DNA from: an uncultured Candidatus Saccharibacteria bacterium
GTDB taxonomy: Bacteria > Patescibacteriota > Saccharimonadia > Saccharimonadales > 2-12-FULL-41-12
Direction: 5' to 3'
DNA length: 64,000 bases
NCBI GenBank assembly: GCA_964648105.1
Contig: CAZYMH010000005.1
Location: 36 to 64,035, forward strand
The notes beneath the pieces are model-generated. The model had not been told where the DNA came from, searched no databases, and saw only the letters and a program-made list of their open reading frames with translations. Shown here in pieces: positions 58,112 through 64,000 of this stretch. Numbering within the stretch: position 1 is the first letter of the stretch; each line of letters starts with the position of its first letter. The position numbers were made by a program, and so were the translations under genes.

Positions 58112-59237
58112 AAAGTCACTAGTTGTCGGCTTCGTACTTGACGATGGACTAGACAGTGAAGATGGAGTTCAAAATTATATTTTGACTCTTGGTCATCAAA
58201 TGAAAAAGCTTGGTCACCAAGTACACTATATTGTTGGCGAGACTAAAAGAGATGATATCAAAAATTTGCACTCACTATCAAAAAATCTAAATGTAAAATT
58301 TAATGGCAATAAACTATCAATTCCACTGCCTGTCAGTAAGAAGAAAATAAATCATCTGCTCGATGAAGTTAAGTTTGATATCTTGCACGTACAAATGCCG
58401 TATAGTCCATTTTATGGTCAGGGAGTTATTAAATTAGCTTCTAAACGTTCAGATATTAAACTTATTGGTACATTTCATATTCTACCCTACTCTTTTTGGT
58501 CTAAATTTGGCTCGATCATACTTGGTCTATGGATTAGGCGTTCAACGAAATCTTTGCATCAAGTAATTTCTGTCTCCGAACCTGCACAAAAATTTGCCAA
58601 AAAATACTATCATACCACATCAATCGTCGTACCCAACACCGTAAATATAGATTTGTATCGAAATACTGCTAAAAAAATCATTGATAACAATCAGCGAATA
58701 AAATTGCTTTTTTTGGGGCGTTTGGTTGAGCGAAAAGGCTGCCAATATTTAATTGAGGCATTGAACGAACTCGAAAAAAATCATCCGAATCTAAATTATC
58801 ATCTTAATATTTGTGGCAAAGGGCCCATGTTATCGGAAATTCGACAAAAAATTGTCAAACATGGATTACTCAAAAAAGTAACTTTTCAGGGTTTTGTTAC
58901 CGAAGTAGAAAAAATCAAATTTATGCAAACTTGTGACTTAGCAATTTTCCCATCTGTTAGTGGTGAAAGTTTTGGGATTGTTTTGATCGAGGCGATGGCG
59001 GCATCAGGCGGTGTTGTCTTGGCGGGCAATAACCAGGGCTATGCTTCGGTAATGAGTGACACACCCGAATGTTTAATCAATCCTAAAGATATTCAAAAAT
59101 TTGCCAAAAAATTAGAAGAATTTATCCTTTCACCTGATTTACGGCGAGCAATGTTTGATAAACAGCAAGAGCAAGTCAAAAAATTTGAAACATCAAAAGT
59201 TGTTAAGCAAATATTAAAAATATATAATGGTCAGTAA
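58104..59237 (+). CDS. Family 4 glycosyltransferase
   Basis: 377 aa with GRLVERKG and ESFGIVLIEAMAASG. It overlaps the previous GT4 gene by 8 nt. Confidence 0.85.
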   Translation: MAKKSLVVGFVLDDGLDSEDGVQNYILTLGHQMKKLGHQVHYIVGETKRDDIKNLHSLSKNLNVKFNGNKLSIPLPVSKKKINHLLDEVKFDILHVQMPYSPFYGQGVIKLASKRSDIKLIGTFHILPYSFWSKFGSIILGLWIRRSTKSLHQVISVSEPAQKFAKKYYHTTSIVVPNTVNIDLYRNTAKKIIDNNQRIKLLFLGRLVERKGCQYLIEALNELEKNHPNLNYHLNICGKGPMLSEIRQKIVKHGLLKKVTFQGFVTEVEKIKFMQTCDLAIFPSVSGESFGIVLIEAMAASGGVVLAGNNQGYASVMSDTPECLINPKDIQKFAKKLEEFILSPDLRRAMFDKQQEQVKKFETSKVVKQILKIYNGQ

Positions 59238-59249
59238 AGCGAGGTAAAT

Positions 59250-60386
59250 ATGCTAAAGTTCAATAAAGATAAAACTCAGGTAATTTCAGTCGAAAATCAA
59301 ACCATTGTAAGGATATTAGCAGTAATTGGACTAGCTGTGTTGGCGGTTTATATGCTGGCCAAAGTTATTACTCCACTAACTTTGATCATCGTTGCTTTCT
59401 TTTTAGCAATTGCTCTTAATCCAATAGTCTCAGCCATATCAAACAAACTAAAAATCAAGAGCCGTGCCGCAGCTACAGGAGTAGCGTATGTGGGTGTTAT
59501 CGGTTTAATCGTAATATTTGTTACTTTAGTTTTTCCGCCTTTAATTGATCAAACTATTACATTTGCTGGTGATGTACCAGAGAAAGTTCAAAATCTCAAA
59601 GATACCAACACACCTACAGGAAATTTTATTCATAAATACGGTATCGACAAACAAATTGATAGTTATTCCAAAGAATTCTCGGGACAGTTAAGTAATTACA
59701 CCAAAACAGCTATTGCCACTGCTGGCAAAATCGGTACAACAATTATAAATGTGGTTGTAGTTTTGGTGCTGGCATTTATGATGATAGTCGAAGGACCTGT
59801 GTGGCTTGATAAATATTTCAACACATTATCAGCTCAAAAACGTAAATATCAAAAAAGCTTATTTAGAAAATGGTATAAAATTATCGTCGGTTACGTGAAC
59901 GGACAAGTCACTGTAGCATTTATTGGAGCTGTATTTACGACAATTGCATTATTTATTACCTCACAAATACTTCATGTTCAAGTTAATCCCATCGCTCTTG
60001 GCGGCATAATCTTTATGTTTGCACTCTTGCCGCTAATCGGAACTACATTAGGGGCAATCATAGTGGTTTTGGCTTGTGCCTTGGTCTCGTTACCGCTAGC
60101 TTTAATTATGATTGGATTCTTTTTGATTTATCAGCAGCTCGAGAACGTTACTATCCAACCTTATATTCAGTCTCGAAGTAATACTTTAACCCCACTTTTA
60201 GTGCTAATTGCGGCTCTAATTGGTGTCGGTGTCGGCGGGATTTTAGGAGCTTTATTAGCTATACCAGTTGCAGGTTGTATAAAAGTTATTTTAGACGAAA
60301 AATACGCTCTGCATAATGAATCAGGTATGCCTAAAGCGGAAATTGGTGATACCTTCCCGAAAAAAGAGTCTGAAAAGAAAAATTAA
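59250..60386 (+). CDS. AI-2E family transporter (PerM/YhhT-like)
   Basis: 378 aa with about 8 TM. The C-terminal part has QQLENVTIQPYIQS and GALLAIPVAG. Confidence 0.8.
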   Translation: MLKFNKDKTQVISVENQTIVRILAVIGLAVLAVYMLAKVITPLTLIIVAFFLAIALNPIVSAISNKLKIKSRAAATGVAYVGVIGLIVIFVTLVFPPLIDQTITFAGDVPEKVQNLKDTNTPTGNFIHKYGIDKQIDSYSKEFSGQLSNYTKTAIATAGKIGTTIINVVVVLVLAFMMIVEGPVWLDKYFNTLSAQKRKYQKSLFRKWYKIIVGYVNGQVTVAFIGAVFTTIALFITSQILHVQVNPIALGGIIFMFALLPLIGTTLGAIIVVLACALVSLPLALIMIGFFLIYQQLENVTIQPYIQSRSNTLTPLLVLIAALIGVGVGGILGALLAIPVAGCIKVILDEKYALHNESGMPKAEIGDTFPKKESEKKN

Positions 60387-61747
60387 ACTTCAGTTCGCGA
60401 CCAAATTGAATCATTATTGGCTAAATCATTTAGCTGGATTTTTTGAGATAATAATGTTCGTCTAAGCTCGTCGGCTTTTTGCCAATCTTTAGATTGTTTG
60501 GCGATCCTGCGTGATTCGATTAACTCTTTTGTCTGATTGTCGATATCAGGTAATTTCAAGTCAATCCCAGTCAAAGCGTTCAAATCACTTAATAGTTGAT
60601 TAAAGTTATCAACTGCCGCTTGATTTAATTTACTCGATTCAACTAGCTCGATTATCTTCTCAAATTCCACTATAGCAGTCGGCGAGTCAAGGTCGTTATT
60701 CATTGCTTGCTTGATTTTGGAAGTCGCATCTTTTATTTGTTGATTAATGTCACCATCACTACCTAATTGCCATCTTAAATCTGCAACCGACTGCCACCTA
60801 AGTAATCGATTTTTGGCACTTTCAATTAATTCAGTTGAGAAGGATAATTGCGATCGATAATGAGCTTGTAAAAAGAATAATCTCAAGACGCTCGGACTGA
60901 ACATCTCTAAGGCATTTTTAATCGAAATAAAATTTTGGTTACTTTTGCCCATCCGTTTGCCATCAATATAAAGCATATTACTATGCACCCAATACTGCAC
61001 AAATGGCTCTAGACCAGATGCAGATTCCATTTGGGTAATTTCGGCTTCGTGATGAGGAAAAATCAAATCAGTTCCACCACCGTGAATATCATATTGTGGA
61101 CCAAAAAAATGCTCGGTGATTGCTGTATCTTCGATATGCCAGCCAGGTCGCCCATCGCCAAAACTTGCTGGCCACGAAGGTTCACTGGGCTTACTGAATT
61201 TCCATAGACAAAAATCATTCCAACCTCGTTTATTGTCTGATTGATCGATTCTTGACTCAGCGTCATCTTCTTTGATGTTTGTTCGCCCAGAAAGTTTACC
61301 ATAGCCCTCAAATTTGGAAATCTCAAAGTAAATTCCATCGTTAGTTTGGTAGGCAAAGCCTTTATTGAGCAGAGTTTGGACTTGGTTAATAACGTCATCG
61401 ATATGATCAGTTGCTCGGGCAAATCTATCGATTCTAACATCTAATTTTTGCATGTCGTCTTTATATTGGGCCTCATATTTATTGGCTAGCTCACGCCAAT
61501 CGATATTTTGCTCTTTTGAACGATTAATAATTTTATCATCGATGTCAGTAATGTTCATTAAGAAATCAAGTTCATAGCCATTCATTCTCAAAACTCTAGC
61601 TAAAACATCCATGACTACCATTGTCCGTGCATTGCCAATGTGTAAAAAGTCATAGACTGTCGGACCACAGACAAACATTTTCACCTGGTTGCTTTTGAGT
61701 GGAGTAAAATCCTCTGTTCTTTTAGTTAGCGTATTATAAATCTTCAT
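60383..61747 (-). CDS. cysS: Cysteine--tRNA ligase
   Basis: 454 aa with CGPTVYDFLHIGNAR (HIGH), WHIEDTA and KRMGKSNQNF (KMSKS). Confidence 0.95.
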   Translation of the reverse strand: MKIYNTLTKRTEDFTPLKSNQVKMFVCGPTVYDFLHIGNARTMVVMDVLARVLRMNGYELDFLMNITDIDDKIINRSKEQNIDWRELANKYEAQYKDDMQKLDVRIDRFARATDHIDDVINQVQTLLNKGFAYQTNDGIYFEISKFEGYGKLSGRTNIKEDDAESRIDQSDNKRGWNDFCLWKFSKPSEPSWPASFGDGRPGWHIEDTAITEHFFGPQYDIHGGGTDLIFPHHEAEITQMESASGLEPFVQYWVHSNMLYIDGKRMGKSNQNFISIKNALEMFSPSVLRLFFLQAHYRSQLSFSTELIESAKNRLLRWQSVADLRWQLGSDGDINQQIKDATSKIKQAMNNDLDSPTAIVEFEKIIELVESSKLNQAAVDNFNQLLSDLNALTGIDLKLPDIDNQTKELIESRRIAKQSKDWQKADELRRTLLSQKIQLNDLANNDSIWSRTEV

Positions 61748-62732
61748 TATCTTTAATTAATTGATTAGCTTCATCAACGCACTGCTGAATAACTGATGCG
61801 GTATTATCATTATAAATTTTAAATCCAGCAGCATAGGCATGTCCACCACCACCGAATTTTTTGGCAAGCTGATCAGCAATTTTATAGCCATAATTACACC
61901 TAATTTTAGCAGTTATTTTGCCATCAGGGTACGATTTAAAGGCAATTGCAACCTGAACTCCTTCTATATATCGCATCTCGTCTAAGACCAGTACCGATGG
62001 ATTATATTCATGAGAATATTCTTCGATTTCTTCAAACGGAATTGTCAAATATGCAACAGAATCTGACACTTCGATTCTTTGAAGTAACTTGCCTTTATAA
62101 TGAGTTATTTTTAGAGATTTCTTCGATAATTCACGTCGGTTATTATCTAGCTGAGCTGGATTTACGCCCAAGTCAACTAGTTCTGACATAATTACAAATG
62201 AGTGAGACGAGACAGCTTCAGAAGTAAGGCCTAGGCTATCAGATAAAATTGAATAGGCAATTAATTCGGCAGTATCTTTTTCGAGTTTATAATTATTATA
62301 TTTGATGAAATTATAAATTACTTCACCAGTAGCTACTGCAGTTTTATCGCAAACAAATAAATCATCAAAATCAATAGTTTTATCGCTCATATGATGATCA
62401 ATAATCGCGAATTTTTTGGTTTTTAGCCAGGCAATTTCGCCAGATTTACTCAAAGCTTCTAGTAAAGATAGAGCAGATGTATCGACAATAACGGCCAGAT
62501 CGAAATTTTTGGGTAAATTGGTTTGAACTCTGTCCCAACCTTGAATATATCGCAGGTATTGAGGAGTTTCGACGCCGCAATACAAGCTAACTTTCTTCGA
62601 TTGATCAAGTAGAACATGCTCCAGAGCTAGAGCTGAGGCTAAACTATCACCGTCTGGATTATCGGCTTGAATAATAACAATATGATTGGCCTCAGCAATC
62701 AATTTTTGTAATTCATCAAATTTTTGGTTCAT
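61734..62732 (-). CDS. nrnA: DHH/DHHA1 phosphoesterase (NrnA-type oligoribonuclease / pAp phosphatase)
   Basis: 332 aa with DNPDGDSLAS, VDTS, IIDHH and GGGHAYAAG. Confidence 0.8.
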   Translation of the reverse strand: MNQKFDELQKLIAEANHIVIIQADNPDGDSLASALALEHVLLDQSKKVSLYCGVETPQYLRYIQGWDRVQTNLPKNFDLAVIVDTSALSLLEALSKSGEIAWLKTKKFAIIDHHMSDKTIDFDDLFVCDKTAVATGEVIYNFIKYNNYKLEKDTAELIAYSILSDSLGLTSEAVSSHSFVIMSELVDLGVNPAQLDNNRRELSKKSLKITHYKGKLLQRIEVSDSVAYLTIPFEEIEEYSHEYNPSVLVLDEMRYIEGVQVAIAFKSYPDGKITAKIRCNYGYKIADQLAKKFGGGGHAYAAGFKIYNDNTASVIQQCVDEANQLIKDNEDL

Positions 62733-63334
62733 ACTTTTTGTCGACCTTCAAAGGCACGTCCTAATGTTATTTGATCAGCATATTCAAGATCTAAACCAAT
62801 CGGTAAGCCTCTAGCAAGACGAGTTATTTCACAATCAATATCATCCAATTGGCCAACAATGTAATGAGAGGTTGACTCACCTTCTACACTCGAACTGACC
62901 GCTAAAATAACTTCGCGAACACCATCTTTTTTAATTCGTTCGACGAGCTGTTTGATGTGTAAACTATCTGGGCCTATACCATCGATTGGCGATAATAAAC
63001 CGCCTAAAACATGATAAGTGCCATTAAAATTATTTGTTTTTTCGATAGCCATAATATCAAAAGAATCTTCCACAACGGATACAATCTTTTTGTCACGAGT
63101 AGATTTTGAATATAGTGGCGAAACTTTTTGGCTAGAATCCATCAAGGCAAAGGTAATTGGGCAAATTGCAACGCCCTCATGTAGGTTAGCTAATGCGGAA
63201 ATAATTTTTTCGGAGTGAGCTTTGTCGGTCCTAAATAAATGATAAGCAAACCGCTCAGCTGATCTTTGACCAACCCCAGGCAAACAACGTAATGCATCAA
63301 TTGCATCTTCCAAACTCTTGGGCAGTATATTCAT
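62729..63334 (-). CDS. recR: Recombination protein RecR (zinc-finger cysteines degenerate)
   Basis: 201 aa. It has the HhH LRCLPGVGQRSAERFA and the Toprim region VSVVEDSFDIMAIE...REVILAVSSSVEGE. The C4 finger region reads CPIT...SPLY. Confidence 0.9.
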   Translation of the reverse strand: MNILPKSLEDAIDALRCLPGVGQRSAERFAYHLFRTDKAHSEKIISALANLHEGVAICPITFALMDSSQKVSPLYSKSTRDKKIVSVVEDSFDIMAIEKTNNFNGTYHVLGGLLSPIDGIGPDSLHIKQLVERIKKDGVREVILAVSSSVEGESTSHYIVGQLDDIDCEITRLARGLPIGLDLEYADQITLGRAFEGRQKV

Positions 63335-63346
63335 TAATAAAATTGA

Positions 63347-63640
63347 CTAAAGGCCTAAATTACCGAGCATTCCCATCATCGGTTGCATTTTTTCGGCGGC
63401 TAATTTTTGACTTTCATTGATTGCAGTTTTTACGGCTTCTTCGACGTATTTTTCGGTAGTTCGCATATCGTCCACATCAATCATCTCAGGATTAATAGTG
63501 ATTTTTTTAATTTTTTGTTCACCAGTAATTTCTACAGTTACTGCACCTTCACCAGCTTCGACTGTGATAATTTCTTTTTGCAATTCTTTTTGCATTTTTT
63601 TGACTTTCATAAGCGTTTTCGCATGATCAAATTTACTCAT
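63347..63640 (-). CDS. ybaB: YbaB/EbfC nucleoid-associated protein
   Basis: 97 aa with KMQKELQKE...EAGEGAVTVEITGEQKIKKITINPE and a Met/Gly-rich tail. It is in the conserved ybaB-recR arrangement. Confidence 0.9.
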   Translation of the reverse strand: MSKFDHAKTLMKVKKMQKELQKEIITVEAGEGAVTVEITGEQKIKKITINPEMIDVDDMRTTEKYVEEAVKTAINESQKLAAEKMQPMMGMLGNLGL

Positions 63641-63653
63641 TATTCCTCCAAAG

Positions 63654-64000
63654 TTAATTCATATTTATATATTGTATCATCACCGACGACGACAAAGCAC
63701 GTTTTGTAGCTGGCGTCGACGGCCACACAACGAAGTATCGATATATATGGAAAGTAGCAATCACAATAACCAATAATGCCAGGCAAGTATTAGCTAAATT
63801 TTTTGCAATTGGATTGAATGGAAAAACCGTAAACCACGATGCTGCCAAAAACACCAAACCGTTGGCTGCAAATAAATATAAAATAGGCAAAATCAAGCTT
63901 ACGCTCAAAATTGAACTTGTGGCAATTAAAATAGAGCTTACTACTCCTAAAAATAATAATAATTTTAGTCTTAACGTATGTTGATTGACAAAATAATTGT
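63654..64000 (-). CDS. Membrane protein, partial (continues past the window edge)
   Basis: The hydrophobic frame stays open upstream of the TTG at 63908 to the end of the window. Confidence 0.5.
   Translation of the reverse strand, partial: NYFVNQHTLRLKLLLFLGVVSSILIATSSILSVSLILPILYLFAANGLVFLAASWFTVFPFNPIAKNLANTCLALLVIVIATFHIYRYFVVWPSTPATKRALSSSVMIQYINMN

Overview
The window is a 64-kb, low-GC bacterial chromosome segment read with the standard code; TGA acts as a stop in ATGA and GTGA start/stop overlaps. Coding density is about 90% and strong GGAG-type ribosome-binding sites are common. Gene content suggests a Patescibacteria/CPR genome, possibly Saccharibacteria-like, but this is inference only. 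Supporting content includes a Gram-positive-type wall toolkit (LCP, VanY, several GT2/GT4 glycosyltransferases), the phosphoketolase and acetate kinase pair, a pilin-like domain and many orphan membrane proteins. The backbone carries two tRNAs (Asn-GTT, Gln-CTG) and smpB. It also carries a complete F1Fo ATP synthase operon (atpZ/I-BEFHAGDC) and a UvrD/AddA-type helicase-nuclease. Two ABC exporters, ackA-xfp and a trehalase follow. A compact aerobic module comprises NDH-2, an FAD-linked dehydrogenase and cyoABCDE. The window ends with cysS, nrnA, recR and ybaB. The most unusual locus is a 2.7-kb insertion directly behind atpC. It is bracketed by a perfect 58-bp direct repeat of the atpC 3' end and has no recombinase. 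It carries a two-gene operon: a MetRS-like class I synthetase paralogue that lacks the HIGH and KMSKS motifs, and an alpha/beta-hydrolase fused to a Pol-beta nucleotidyltransferase. Other leads are a promoter, leader-ORF and antiterminator/terminator leader at 43.2-43.4 kb, and a cellulose-synthase-like GT2 fused to a GH26 hydrolase. There are also two paralogous giant surface proteins (one ending in a pilin-like domain), a possible integrase remnant beside tRNA-Gln, and structured spacers inside the atp operon. All homology calls rest on motif recognition by eye; no searches were run.
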